Assembly (NCBI GenBank): GCA_963809895.1
Contig: CAWELD010000010.1
Span: 128,001 to 192,000 of the forward strand
Direction of reading: 5' to 3'
Length of the DNA stretch: 64,000 nucleotides
DNA from: an uncultured Gemmatimonadales bacterium
GTDB lineage: Bacteria; Gemmatimonadota; Gemmatimonadetes; Longimicrobiales; Gaopeijiaceae
Shown here: piece by piece, positions 49,033 through 62,042 of the stretch
Position numbering within the stretch: position 1 is the stretch's first letter
Layout of the letters: every line of letters starts with the position of its first letter
Translations under genes and position numbers: made by a program
The notes under the pieces: generated by a model
What the model was told of the DNA's origin: nothing
Database searches by the model: none
The model's input: only the letters and a program-made list of their open reading frames with translations

Positions 49033-50222
49033 CGGCGTTCGACTCCCAGAGCCACCGCCGCGCCGATCGCCGCCACGGCGGCGCCCAGCAGGAACGGCAT
49101 GGCAGGCCCGATGTCGTAGGCGGCGCCGGCGGCGGCCGGGCCGACGATGCGGGCCATGGAGCCCACGCTCTGGCCGAGACCCAGAACGCTGCCCTGGATG
49201 CTCGCCGAGGCGGTGCGACTCACCAGCCCCAGCACGCTGGGCAGCGCGCCGCCGTAGCCCACCGCCAGGAGCGCCAGGGCGACCAGCAGCGTCGGCACGC
49301 CGGGTGACAACGCCACCAGCACCAGTCCGCCCACGAACGGGAGTGCGGAGAGGCGGATGAGTCGGGACTCGCCGAGCCGCGGGACCAGGCGCCGCACCAA
49401 TCCCCCCTGAACCACCGCGGACACGAGGCCCAGGAAGGCGAAGAGGTAGCCGACGCGCCGCTGGTCCAGGCCGAAGCGTGCCGCGCCGAAGAGCGAGAGG
49501 GTCGGCTGAATGACGGCGAAGGCCACGGTGAAGAGGAAGTAGAGGAGGAGGATGCGTGCAAGGCCAGGCACCTCCAGCGATTCCCGCAGCCCCGCGAGCG
49601 TGAACGCCGATCCCGGCGCGGTACGCCGGCGGGCGGGCGCCGGGGCGGGGCGCGACTCCGACAGGAAGAGGAGGGCGGCCAGGGCGTTGGTCGCGCACAG
49701 GGCGGCGGCCACCAGGCCGGGGGCCTCCACCGAGACCGACGCCAGGATTCCGCCCAGCGCCGGACCCACCGTGAATCCCAGACCGAAGGCGGCGCCGATC
49801 AGGCCCATGTTGCCGGCGCGGTGCTCGGGGGGCGTGACGTCGGCGATGTAGGCCTCCGCCACCGGCACGGTGGAGCCTCCGATCCCTGCCATGATGCGCG
49901 ACGCGAAGAGCACCGCCAGCGTGCCGGCGTACGCGAAGACCAGGTAGGCCAACGCCGATCCCACCAGCCCCAGCAGGAGGATGGGCTTGCGGCCGAAGCG
50001 ATCGCTGAGGCGGCCCCACAGCGGGGCCATGGCGAACTGGAAGACGGAGTAGACCGTGACCAGGAGCCCCACCGTGAAGCCGTCGGCCCCCATGCGCTCG
50101 CCGTAGAACGGGAGCAGGGGCAGGACGATCCCGAACCCCACCAGGTCCACGAACACGGTGAGGAAGAGGAAGGGCAGGCGCCGGCGAGCGCCCGGCGCCT
50201 CCTCACTGCTTGCCTTCGTCAC
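49029..50222 (-). CDS. MFS transporter, TetA/DHA1-like
   Basis: DLVGFGIVLPLLP, GRLSDRFGRKP, GAAFGLGFTVGPALGG. Confidence 0.92.
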   Translation of the reverse strand: MTKASSEEAPGARRRLPFLFLTVFVDLVGFGIVLPLLPFYGERMGADGFTVGLLVTVYSVFQFAMAPLWGRLSDRFGRKPILLLGLVGSALAYLVFAYAGTLAVLFASRIMAGIGGSTVPVAEAYIADVTPPEHRAGNMGLIGAAFGLGFTVGPALGGILASVSVEAPGLVAAALCATNALAALLFLSESRPAPAPARRRTAPGSAFTLAGLRESLEVPGLARILLLYFLFTVAFAVIQPTLSLFGAARFGLDQRRVGYLFAFLGLVSAVVQGGLVRRLVPRLGESRLIRLSALPFVGGLVLVALSPGVPTLLVALALLAVGYGGALPSVLGLVSRTASASIQGSVLGLGQSVGSMARIVGPAAAGAAYDIGPAMPFLLGAAVAAIGAAVALGVERR

Positions 50223-50391
50223 CGTCCTCCAGACGGTCCGGGTCGTCCTTCGACCGGTCTCCCCTGAGCCCCAGCTTGAAATTGCGGATCCCGGCGCCCA
50301 GTCCCTTGCCGATGGTGGGGATCCGCTTGCCCCCGAAGAGGATCACCAACACCACGATGATGAGCACGAGCTCCACGGGACCGGCCCTCAG
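50203..50391 (-). CDS. tatA: Twin-arginine translocase subunit TatA/E
   Basis: ELVLIIVVLVILFGGKRIPTIGKGLGAGIRNFK; start is CTG at 50391 or GTG at 50376. Confidence 0.88.
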   Translation of the reverse strand: MRAGPVELVLIIVVLVILFGGKRIPTIGKGLGAGIRNFKLGLRGDRSKDDPDRLEDGDEGKQ

Positions 50392-51554
50392 CGAAGCAGC
50401 ATCTTGGCGATGGTCTGCTTCTGCATGTTGGAGGTGCCTTCGTAGATCGTGCCGATCTTGGCGTCGCGGTAGTACTTCTCGATGGGATACTCGCGCGTGA
50501 AGCCGTAGCCGCCGTGCAGATCGATGCACTCCGACGCGACGCGCTGCGCGACCTCAGAGGCGAACAGCTTGGCCTGGGCGGCGGCCATGACGAAGTCCTG
50601 CCCAGCGTCCTTGAGACGCGCCGCGTTGTAGACCAGCAATCGTGCGGCCTCGATGTCCGTCGCCATCTCGGCGAGCTGGAACTGGACCCCCTGGAACTGC
50701 CCGATGGCGCGGCCGAACTGCTCGCGCTCCTGCACGTAGCGGATGGTGTGGTCCAGCGCGCCCTGGGCCAGACCCACCATCTGGGCGCCGATGCCGATGC
50801 GGCCCTCGTTGAGGGTCTCGATGGCCACCTTGTAGCCCTGGCCGACCTCGCCCAGCACCTGGTCACCGGAGACGCGCACGTTCTCCAGCACCAGCTCGCA
50901 GGTGGAGGAGGCGCGGATGCCCAGCTTGTCTTCCTTCTTGCCCACGCTGAAGCCCGGGGCGGCCTCTTCGACGATGAAGGCCGTGATCCCCTTGTAGCCG
51001 AGCGAGGGATCCACCGTGGCGAAGATGATGAAGACGCCCGCCTCGCGCGCGTTGGTGATCCAGAGCTTCTGGCCCTCCAGCACCCAGTCGTCGCCGTCCT
51101 GGCGGGCGCGGCAAGAGAGCGCGAAGGCGTCGGACCCGCTTCCGGCCTCGGACAGGGCGTAGGCCCCCACCGTGTTCTCGGCCAGCATGGGGAAGTAGCG
51201 CTCCTTCTGGTCGTCGCTGGCCCAGCGCTTGAAGGCGTTGATGACCAGCGTGTTCTGCACGTCGACGAGGACGGCGACCGAGGGGTCCACCCGGCTCAGC
51301 TCCTCCACGATCAGGACCGAGGTGAAGAAGGTGGACCCGGCCCCGCCGAAGCGGTCCGGGATCTCGATGCCCATGAGACCCAGCTCGAAGAGCTTGGGCA
51401 GAAGCTCCGGGTCCATGGCCTGAGCGGCGTCCATCTTCGTCACCAGGGGAGCGACTTCGGCCTCCGCGAAATCGCGCACGGCCTCCCGGAACATCCCCTC
51501 GTCTTCGGACAGCATGGAGAGGGCGGGTCGTGCTTCGTTCAGCGCCGTGGACAT
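50388..51554 (-). CDS. Acyl-CoA dehydrogenase (short/branched-chain type)
   Basis: ALSEAGSGSDA, GQKLWITN, KLGIRASST, LNEGRIGI, YRDAKIGTIYEGT. Confidence 0.93.
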   Translation of the reverse strand: MSTALNEARPALSMLSEDEGMFREAVRDFAEAEVAPLVTKMDAAQAMDPELLPKLFELGLMGIEIPDRFGGAGSTFFTSVLIVEELSRVDPSVAVLVDVQNTLVINAFKRWASDDQKERYFPMLAENTVGAYALSEAGSGSDAFALSCRARQDGDDWVLEGQKLWITNAREAGVFIIFATVDPSLGYKGITAFIVEEAAPGFSVGKKEDKLGIRASSTCELVLENVRVSGDQVLGEVGQGYKVAIETLNEGRIGIGAQMVGLAQGALDHTIRYVQEREQFGRAIGQFQGVQFQLAEMATDIEAARLLVYNAARLKDAGQDFVMAAAQAKLFASEVAQRVASECIDLHGGYGFTREYPIEKYYRDAKIGTIYEGTSNMQKQTIAKMLLR

Positions 51555-51625
51555 GGCATTCTTCCTTCCGATCGTCTCGTCATGGATGGAATCGGCGCAC
51601 CGGGGCGCGGCGCGGCCGACGTCGT

Positions 51626-52580
51626 TTACGCATTGTGGTCGTTCCCCTCGTCCGCCGCCGCACCGCTTGCCGACCCGTTCCGCCCAGGCCGCGAGCTCCG
51701 GGGGAACCGTGCGGCTCCGCCGGGCATGGTGCACCTCCGCCGGGGTCGAGGTCCCCTGCTCCGTGACCACCCGATCCACCAGCTCCTCGGGGATCAACTC
51801 GAAGTAGCGGTTCCAGACCCGCACTCCGGCCGGCGCCCGCCAGACCTCTTCACCGGGCCGGGCGTCGTCCACCGGCTGGGGAAAACCCGGCGGCAACACT
51901 TTCGTGCCGTCCGCCAGCACCCACACCGGCACGCCGAGGGCCCGGGCCGACCGGGCCAGGGCGCGGCTGCCGATCTTGTTCACGATGCCCCGGTCGCCGA
52001 TGGAGTCGGCGCCCAGGAGCACAGCGTCGCTCCCCGAAAGGAGGGATTCCGCCGCGGCGTCCACCGCGAAGGTCACCGCCACGCCGGCTTCGGCCAGAGC
52101 GCCGGCCAGCGTCCGACCCTCCGACATGGGTCGGCTCTCCAGGCAGATCGCCCTCAAGCCGCGCCCTGCGCTCTCCGACAGCGTCGCCCGTACCGTAGAC
52201 GATGCCGACAAGGTAACCACGGTGCCGCCGTCCGGCAGGAGTCTCGCGGCCCTCCGGCCCACCTTTCGTGTTCGCTCCTCCACGGCGCTGCGGAAGCTCT
52301 CGGCGGCCCTGGCCGCTTCGCGACGGGCTTCCTCGAGGTCCGAAAGCCCGTCCAGCGCGTTGAGGACGGCCGACAGGAGCGCCACCAGCGGTGCCATGGA
52401 CGGCTGTGCGTCGAGCATCCGCACGCTCAACGCCGCGAGCGTGCCCCGCAGCCCTGCGGCGTCGTCGGCCGGGGCCCGCACAGCGACCCTGCGGACCACC
52501 TCGGCGGCGGTTCGGCTCACCACCGCCGCGCCGCTGACCACGTCGGCCCGCAGGGGCGCGACCAGCGCGTCCAGGTTCAC
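51626..52580 (-). CDS. eIF-2B alpha/beta/delta (IF-2B) family protein, sugar-phosphate isomerase-like; 3' end uncertain
   Basis: QPSMAP, TLSASSTV, ESRPMSEG, LLGADSI..VNKIGS, NRYFELIP; no in-frame stop before the downstream ACAD. Confidence 0.8.
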
Positions 52581-52736
52581 CCGTGCTCCGGGAGCGGATT
52601 GGGAAGGTCGAACACCCTGAAACTACGGGAGCGTGAGGCGTGGGAAAAGCCACCGGGAGCCATGTCGCGCCCACGGATAATCTTCTATCTTCCGAGCGGT
52701 CGAACCCTCTCACACGCCTGCACGCGAGGCTCACCG

Positions 52737-53126
52737 ATGTCCGATATCCCTCAGGGGTTCCTCTACACTCCCGAACACGAATACATGAAGCGCGCCGATG
52801 AGGACGACGTCTACCTCGTCGGTGTCACCGATTACGCCCAGGGCGAGCTCGGAGACGTGGTGTTCGTGGAGCTGCCGTCCGCCGGCGCCGAGTTCGAGCG
52901 CATGGATTCGTTCGGCACCATCGAGGCCGTCAAGGCTGTCAGCGACCTCTACTGCCCGGTCAAGGCCGAGGTTCTCGAGGTCAACGAGGCGCTGGACGAC
53001 GACCCGTCGCTGGTGAACAGCGACCCCTACGGCGCCGGCTGGATGATCCGGGTCCGGGTCCTGGACACGACGCAGGTCGAGTCCCTCATGGACGCCGCCG
53101 CCTACGCCGAGCACGTCGGCGACTGA
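52737..53126 (+). CDS. gcvH: Glycine cleavage system H protein
   Basis: [26 protein letters not shown], lipoyl-Lys motif [17 protein letters not shown]. Confidence 0.97.
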   Translation: MSDIPQGFLYTPEHEYMKRADEDDVYLVGVTDYAQGELGDVVFVELPSAGAEFERMDSFGTIEAVKAVSDLYCPVKAEVLEVNEALDDDPSLVNSDPYGAGWMIRVRVLDTTQVESLMDAAAYAEHVGD

Positions 53127-53161
53127 CGGTCGACGACCAACGGATCGAGAGGGATGTCATC

Positions 53162-56047
<2,886 letters not shown>

Positions 56048-56074
56048 CCGAGAACCGTAATCCGGGAGTGGACG

Positions 56075-56758
56075 ATGGCCACCCTGCTGTATCACGGCCA
56101 TGCGACCTGCACGCTGGTCACCGACGACGGCACACGCCTCGTGTTCGACCCCTTCTTCAACGACAATCCCGCCACCGACCTGAGCGTGGACGACGTGGAG
56201 GCCGACTACATCCTGGTCTCCCACGGCCACTTCGATCACTTCTCCGACTGCGTGGCCCTGGCGCGGCGCACCGGCGCCAAGGTGATCTCCACCTTCGAGC
56301 TGGTGAACTTCTGTGCCGAGCACGGGGCGGACAACGGCCACGGCATGAACATCGGCGGGAGCCATCGCTTTCCCTTCGGCACCGTGAAGCTCACGCCCGC
56401 GGTGCACACCGGATCGGTCGCCGGCGACGAGGACGGGACCCACACCACCGACTGCGTGGGGTTCCTGGTCGACGTGGACGGGGTGCGGTTCTACCACTCC
56501 GGTGACACGGCGCTGATCATGGACTTCCAGCTCCTCAAGGGGCAGGTGGACGTAGCGCTGCTCCCCATCGGCGACAACTTCACCATGGGACCGGAAGACG
56601 CCGCCCGCGCCGTGGCGTTCATCGAGCCGAAGACGGTGGTGCCCATCCACTACAACACCTGGGAGCTCATCGCCCAGGACCCGGAGCACTTCAAGAGCCT
56701 GGTGGGCGACCGAGCGCGCGTAGAGGTGGTGCCACCAGGAGGCGAGCTGAAGCTCTGA
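56075..56758 (+). CDS. Metal-dependent hydrolase, metallo-beta-lactamase fold (UPF0173-like)
   Basis: SHGHFDH, YHSGDT, LPIGDNFTMG, PIHYNTW. Confidence 0.92.
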   Translation: MATLLYHGHATCTLVTDDGTRLVFDPFFNDNPATDLSVDDVEADYILVSHGHFDHFSDCVALARRTGAKVISTFELVNFCAEHGADNGHGMNIGGSHRFPFGTVKLTPAVHTGSVAGDEDGTHTTDCVGFLVDVDGVRFYHSGDTALIMDFQLLKGQVDVALLPIGDNFTMGPEDAARAVAFIEPKTVVPIHYNTWELIAQDPEHFKSLVGDRARVEVVPPGGELKL

Positions 56759-57546
56759 TCCGGGATCTCTCCTGGGTCGTTCTGGCCGATCCGCCGCTGG
56801 CGGGCGCCCGGAACATGGCCCGTGACCACGCTCTCGCTCGGGCGCTGACCCCGGGCCAGGGCGTGCTCCGTTTCTACCGGTGGGCGCAGCCGACGCTCTC
56901 TTTCGGCCGCAACGAACCCACGGTCGGGCTCTGGCGGAAGGACCTGCTGGAGGGGCGGGGTATCGCCGTCGTGCGCCGCCCCACAGGGGGTCGCGCCGTC
57001 CTCCACCATCGCGAGCTCACCTACGCCGTGGTCGTGCCTCTCGGCGATCGCCGGGCTCTCCGCTCCGTCTACGCGGCGGTGAATCGCGCCCTCACGCGCG
57101 GCCTGTCCGCGCTGGGCGTGCCTGCGCGCATGGCGCCTGCTGCGGGGCGCAGCCTGCCACCCGACGCGGGCCCCTGTTTTCAGGCCCCGGCCGAGGGCGA
57201 GGTCACGGCGCGGGGGCGGAAGCTGGTAGGCAGCGCGCAGGTGCGAATGGGTTCGGCGCTCCTCCAGCATGGCTCCATCCTGCTGGCGGACGATCAAGCC
57301 CTGCTGGCGGAGTTGAGGCGGCACGGGGCCGTCGGAGGCCCGCCGCCGGCGACGCTGGAGGAGGTGCTGGGGCGGGCCCCGGAGCTGGACGACTTGCACG
57401 GGGCGCTGATCCGGGGCTTCGCCGACGAGTTCGGCGGGGGCTGGCCCCACGGCCTGTCACGGGGCACCTTGGCCCCGGAGATGGTGGAGGGTGAGGAGGA
57501 GCTCCTGGTGCGCTACGCCTCACCCGAATGGACCTGGCGCCGCTGA
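56755..57546 (+). CDS. Lipoate-protein ligase / octanoyltransferase (LipM/LplA-like catalytic domain)
   Basis: GARNMARDHAL, LRFYRW..LSFG, VRRPTGGRAVLH, KLVGSAQ, QHGSI; family-like sequence extends upstream of the ATG at 56815. Confidence 0.88.
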   Translation: MIRDLSWVVLADPPLAGARNMARDHALARALTPGQGVLRFYRWAQPTLSFGRNEPTVGLWRKDLLEGRGIAVVRRPTGGRAVLHHRELTYAVVVPLGDRRALRSVYAAVNRALTRGLSALGVPARMAPAAGRSLPPDAGPCFQAPAEGEVTARGRKLVGSAQVRMGSALLQHGSILLADDQALLAELRRHGAVGGPPPATLEEVLGRAPELDDLHGALIRGFADEFGGGWPHGLSRGTLAPEMVEGEEELLVRYASPEWTWRR

Positions 57547-57565
57547 CCCTCCAACCCGGGACGTC

Positions 57566-59326
57566 ATGATCCTCCGAGCCTCGTACCTGTCCCTCGTGAT
57601 GCTCGTCGCCCTGGCCGCCTGTGGCGGAGAGCAGGGTGCCGCGTCTTCCGGCGAGGATGCCGCCGCGGCAAGCGAGGCCGCGCAGACTTCGGCATTCTGT
57701 GCCGAGGTCCAGCCGAAGGTGGATTCCTTCATGGCGGTGGCCGAGCGCGAGCATCCGACGCCCGACGATCCGCGCTACGGTGGCACGGTCAGCGTGGCCG
57801 GCATCGGCGAGCTCTCCGGCGGCATGAATGCCTTTGCGGGCCAGAACGCTGCCGGAAACCAGCATCAGATGTTCGTGGGTCTGATGACGCTCATCCGTTA
57901 CGACGAGGCGCTGGAGCCGCAGCCGTACCTGGCTCGGTCGTGGGAGGTGGCGCCCGATGGCTCTGCGGTGACATTCCATCTGCGCGACGACGTCTACTGG
58001 CACGATGGCGTGCGCACCAGCGCCTACGACGTGGCCTTCACCTACGAGCGCGCCACCGATCCGGCCACGGCGTTCCCCAACTCGGGGTACTGGGACTACT
58101 ACGTGAAGGGCCCGGAGGGCGTGGAGGTGGCGGACTCCTTCACGGTCACACTGCACATGCGGCCCCATGCGCAGTTCCTGGACGCCTGGCGCACCGTGGC
58201 CATCATGCCGGAGCACCTCCTGGCCGACGTGCCCCCCGCGGAGCTCGGTCAGCATCCCATCGGCGTCGAATGCCCCGTGGGCAACGGTCCCTTCGTTTTC
58301 GTGGCGCACCGCGGCCAGGAGAGTTGGACCTTCCGGGCGAATCCCGCATTTCCCGAGGGGCTCGGTGGCCGGCCGTTCGTGGACCGCTACGTCTACCGGA
58401 TCATTCCCGAGCAGTCGACGCTCCTCAACGAGCTGCGCACCGGCGGGATCGATGTCTACGTGTTCGCGCGGCCCGATCAGGCGCAGGCCATCCGACAGGA
58501 GCCTGGCGCCGAACTCCTGACCTTCCCCTCGCGGGAGTTCGTCTTCGTCGGATGGAACACCCGGCGGCCGACGCTGGCCGATGCCAGGGTGCGTCGGGCT
58601 CTCGCCATGGGGGTGAATCGCCGCGAGATGGTGGCGGCCCTCCTGCAGGGGTACGGGTCGGTGGCCAACGCCAGCGTGCCTCCCTTCCACTTCGCGTACG
58701 ATCCGGATGTCGGAGGCTCCGTGCATTACGATCCGGATCACGCCAGGGCCCTGTTGGATTCCGCCGGCTGGCGGGATTCCGACGGCGACGGCGTGCGCCA
58801 GAACGCTCAGGGGGTGCCTCTGGTCATCAGTATCAAGTACAACTCGGGCAATGCCCAGCGTGAGCAGATCGCCGAGATCATGCAGGCCCAGCTCGGCGAG
58901 ATCGGGGTCGAGATCCAGCCGGAGGTGGTGGAGTTCAACACCCTGCTCGGCCAGGTGACCGATCCCGGCTCCCGCGACTTCGACGGCTTCGTCCTGAGCT
59001 GGGTGCCCGAGTTCCGCGTCGACGATTCGGACCTCTTTCATTCGGAGCGGGTGGATCAGCCCTACCAATGGTCGGGTATCCAGAGCCCCGAGCTGGATCG
59101 TTATCTGGACACGCTCCAGCTCGTCCTGGACCCCACCGAGGCCACGCCCTTGTGGCGGGATTACCAGGAAGCCCTGGTCCGGGAGCAGCCGTACATGTTC
59201 CTGTATTTCCCGGACCATCTGGACGGGGTGAGCACGCGCCTGCACGACGTGGAGATGGACTGGCGCGGCGAGTGGCTGAACATCAAGGACTGGTGGATCG
59301 ATCCGGCCCGGCGGAGCTCGCCGTGA
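57566..59326 (+). CDS. Peptide/nickel ABC substrate-binding lipoprotein (family 5), copy 1
   Basis: Lipobox LAAC; FHLRDDVYWHDG, PVGNGPF, DARVRRAL. Confidence 0.92.
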   Translation: MILRASYLSLVMLVALAACGGEQGAASSGEDAAAASEAAQTSAFCAEVQPKVDSFMAVAEREHPTPDDPRYGGTVSVAGIGELSGGMNAFAGQNAAGNQHQMFVGLMTLIRYDEALEPQPYLARSWEVAPDGSAVTFHLRDDVYWHDGVRTSAYDVAFTYERATDPATAFPNSGYWDYYVKGPEGVEVADSFTVTLHMRPHAQFLDAWRTVAIMPEHLLADVPPAELGQHPIGVECPVGNGPFVFVAHRGQESWTFRANPAFPEGLGGRPFVDRYVYRIIPEQSTLLNELRTGGIDVYVFARPDQAQAIRQEPGAELLTFPSREFVFVGWNTRRPTLADARVRRALAMGVNRREMVAALLQGYGSVANASVPPFHFAYDPDVGGSVHYDPDHARALLDSAGWRDSDGDGVRQNAQGVPLVISIKYNSGNAQREQIAEIMQAQLGEIGVEIQPEVVEFNTLLGQVTDPGSRDFDGFVLSWVPEFRVDDSDLFHSERVDQPYQWSGIQSPELDRYLDTLQLVLDPTEATPLWRDYQEALVREQPYMFLYFPDHLDGVSTRLHDVEMDWRGEWLNIKDWWIDPARRSSP

Positions 59327-61059
59327 GGCGCTGGGCCGTAGGGGTGCTCGCGGTGGCTCTGTGGGCGTGTGGCGGCGGAGACGCGAGCGACGTGGCCACC
59401 GAACAGGCGGGCGATGGCGGCTTCTGTGGGGCGGTGCTGGCGCAGGTGGATTCCTTCACGGCGGCGGCCGAGCGCCGGCACCCGGTTCCCGACGACCCAC
59501 ACTACGGCGGCACCGCCGTCGTGGGCGGTATCGGCGAGATCGCGGCAGGAATGAACGCACTGGTGTCCGCCGACTACGCCGCCGTGCAGCACCAGAAGTT
59601 CGCCAATCTGATGACGCTGATCCGCTACGACCGGGACTTCCGGCCGGCGCCCTGGCTGGCGACCTCGTGGGACGTGGCGCCGGACCACGGCTCGGTGACC
59701 TTTCACCTGCGCGACGACGTCTACTGGCACGACGGGGTGCGCACGAGCGCCTATGACGTGGCCTTCACCTACGAACGCGCCACCGACCCGGAGACGGGCT
59801 TTCCCAACGCCGCCTTCTGGGACTTCTACGTGAAGGGGGCGCAGGGGGTGGAGGTGAGCGACTCCTTCACCGTGACGCTGCACATGCAGCCCCACGCCGA
59901 GTTCCTGGATGCCTGGCGCGCCCTGGCGATCCTGCCCGAGCACCTCCTGGGCGACGTGCCGGCGGCCGAGCTGCGGGACCATCCGTACGGGAGCCAGTGC
60001 CCCGTGGGCAACGGACCCTTCGTGTTCGTCTCGCACCGACCGCAGGAGAGCTGGACGTTCCGGGCGAACCCGGCCTTTCCGGAGGCGCTGGGTGGCCGGC
60101 CCTACCTGGACCGCTACGTCTACCGGATCGTGCCCGAGCCCTCGACGCTGCTCGGGGCGCTCCTGACCGGTGATCTGGACGTCTACATCGCCCCGTCGGC
60201 GGATCAGGCGCAGGCGATCGGGGACGACCCCGACGTGGAGCTGCGCCACTATCCCTTCCGTAGCTACGTCTTCATCGGCTGGAATTCGCGCCGACCGCAG
60301 CTGGCCGACCGGCGCGTGCGCACGGCGCTCACCGTGGGGACGAACCGGCAGGAGATCGTGCAGGCGCTTCTGTACGGGTACGGCCGGGTCGCGAACACGG
60401 GCGTGCCGCCGTTCCACTGGGCCTACGACCCGGCGCTGGAGGATACCCTGGGGTTCGACCCGGACGAGGCGCGCCGGCTCCTGGACGAGGCGGGATGGAT
60501 GGACCGCGACGGCGACGGGGTGCGCGAGAACGCCGAGGGTGTGCCGCTGAGCATCTCTCTCAAGTACAACGCCGGCAACACCCAGCGGCAGGGGATCGCC
60601 GAAGTCATGCAGGCTCAGCTCGCCGACATCGGCGTGGACATCCGTCCCGAGTCGGTGGAGTTCCAGACCCTGGTCGGCCAGATCACGAACCCCGAGGACC
60701 GGGATTTCGATGGTGTCGTCATGTCCTGGGTCCCGGAGTTCAAGGTCGACGACACGGATCTCTTCCACTCGGAGCGCGCGGACCAGCCCTACGGTTGGGC
60801 CGGCACCCACGATCCGGAGTTGGACCGACTGCTGGACACGCTGCAGCTGGTGGTGGATCGCGACGAGGCGCGCCCCCTGTGGCGGGCGTATCAGAGAGAG
60901 CTGATCCGCGAGCAGCCCTACACGTTCTTCTACTTCCAGGATCGGCTGGACGGCGTCTCGACGCGCCTGCGCGACGTGGTCATGGACGCCCGGGGCGAGT
61001 GGGTGAATCTGAAGGACTGGTGGATCCCGCCCGACGAGAGGCGGTCGCCGGCTCCATGA
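59323..61059 (+). CDS. Peptide/nickel ABC substrate-binding lipoprotein (family 5), copy 2
   Basis: Lipobox LWAC; same motifs as copy 1; GTGA overlap. Confidence 0.92.
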   Translation: MRRWAVGVLAVALWACGGGDASDVATEQAGDGGFCGAVLAQVDSFTAAAERRHPVPDDPHYGGTAVVGGIGEIAAGMNALVSADYAAVQHQKFANLMTLIRYDRDFRPAPWLATSWDVAPDHGSVTFHLRDDVYWHDGVRTSAYDVAFTYERATDPETGFPNAAFWDFYVKGAQGVEVSDSFTVTLHMQPHAEFLDAWRALAILPEHLLGDVPAAELRDHPYGSQCPVGNGPFVFVSHRPQESWTFRANPAFPEALGGRPYLDRYVYRIVPEPSTLLGALLTGDLDVYIAPSADQAQAIGDDPDVELRHYPFRSYVFIGWNSRRPQLADRRVRTALTVGTNRQEIVQALLYGYGRVANTGVPPFHWAYDPALEDTLGFDPDEARRLLDEAGWMDRDGDGVRENAEGVPLSISLKYNAGNTQRQGIAEVMQAQLADIGVDIRPESVEFQTLVGQITNPEDRDFDGVVMSWVPEFKVDDTDLFHSERADQPYGWAGTHDPELDRLLDTLQLVVDRDEARPLWRAYQRELIREQPYTFFYFQDRLDGVSTRLRDVVMDARGEWVNLKDWWIPPDERRSPAP

Positions 61060-62042
61060 CCCGCTACCTGGTGCGGAGGTTGCTGGGGGCCGTGCCCATG
61101 GTTCTGGGCATCGCCACCATCATGTTCTTCGTGGTGAACCTGGCGCCGGGAGATCCCACGCAGCAGATGATCGCGCCGGGGATGCGTGGCGAGGTCATCG
61201 AGCAGATCCGCGAGAACTGGGGCCTGGACCGGCCCATCTACGAGCGCTACGTCGTGTGGCTCGGGAACCTGGTCCGCGGCGACCTGGGCCCGTCGTACTC
61301 CTATTCGCGGCCGGTCTCGGCCGTGATCGCCGACGCCCTTCCCAACACCCTGATCCTGTCGGGTGCGGCGTTGGTGGTCGCCTTTGTGGTGGGCGTGCTC
61401 ATGGGGGTGGTGCAGGCCGTGCGCCAGCACTCTTTCGTGGACGTGACCCTGAGCGTGGTGGCGCTCTTCTTCTATTCCATGCCGTCGTTCTGGCTGGCCA
61501 TCATGCTCATCCTGGTTTTCGCGTACCTGGCCCGGAACGTGTGGCACTGGCCGATCTACTTCCCGGTGTCCGGGCCCCGCAGCGTGGACTACGATCTGCT
61601 GTCGCCCTGGGGCAAGCTCAAGGACCTGGCGTACCACGCGGTACTGCCCGTCACCTCGCTCGCGCTCGTGATGGCGGCGGGCATCGCGCGCTACACCCGG
61701 GGGAGCGTCCTGGAGGTGGTACATCAGGACTTCGTGCGCACCGCCCGGGCCAAGGGCCTGCCGGAGCGCACGGTCATCGCGCGCCACGTGCTCAGGAACG
61801 CCCTCACGCCTGTGATCACCTTGTTGGGCCTGTACCTGCCGGTCCTGTTCAGTGGCACGGTCTTCATCGAGTCCATCTTCGCCTGGCCGGGGATGGGAAA
61901 GACCGTCTTCGACGCCATCTCGCAGCGGGACTACCCGGTGATCATGGCGGCCACGGTGATCTTCGCGACCATGGTCGTGGTGGCGAACCTGCTGGCGGAC
62001 CTCCTGTACGCGCTGGTGGACCCGAGGATTCGCTATGAGTGA
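61056..62042 (+). CDS. Peptide ABC transporter permease (OppB/DppB-like)
   Basis: YLVRRLL, LAPGDP, SMPSFW, DFVRTARAKGL, LVDPRIR. Confidence 0.93.
   Translation: MTRYLVRRLLGAVPMVLGIATIMFFVVNLAPGDPTQQMIAPGMRGEVIEQIRENWGLDRPIYERYVVWLGNLVRGDLGPSYSYSRPVSAVIADALPNTLILSGAALVVAFVVGVLMGVVQAVRQHSFVDVTLSVVALFFYSMPSFWLAIMLILVFAYLARNVWHWPIYFPVSGPRSVDYDLLSPWGKLKDLAYHAVLPVTSLALVMAAGIARYTRGSVLEVVHQDFVRTARAKGLPERTVIARHVLRNALTPVITLLGLYLPVLFSGTVFIESIFAWPGMGKTVFDAISQRDYPVIMAATVIFATMVVVANLLADLLYALVDPRIRYE

Noticed and set aside
52581..52736. Glycine riboswitch upstream of gcvH
   Set aside because: Conserved aptamer elements (GGAGA..CCGAAG..CTCTCAGG) not found; the gap is a short divergent promoter region
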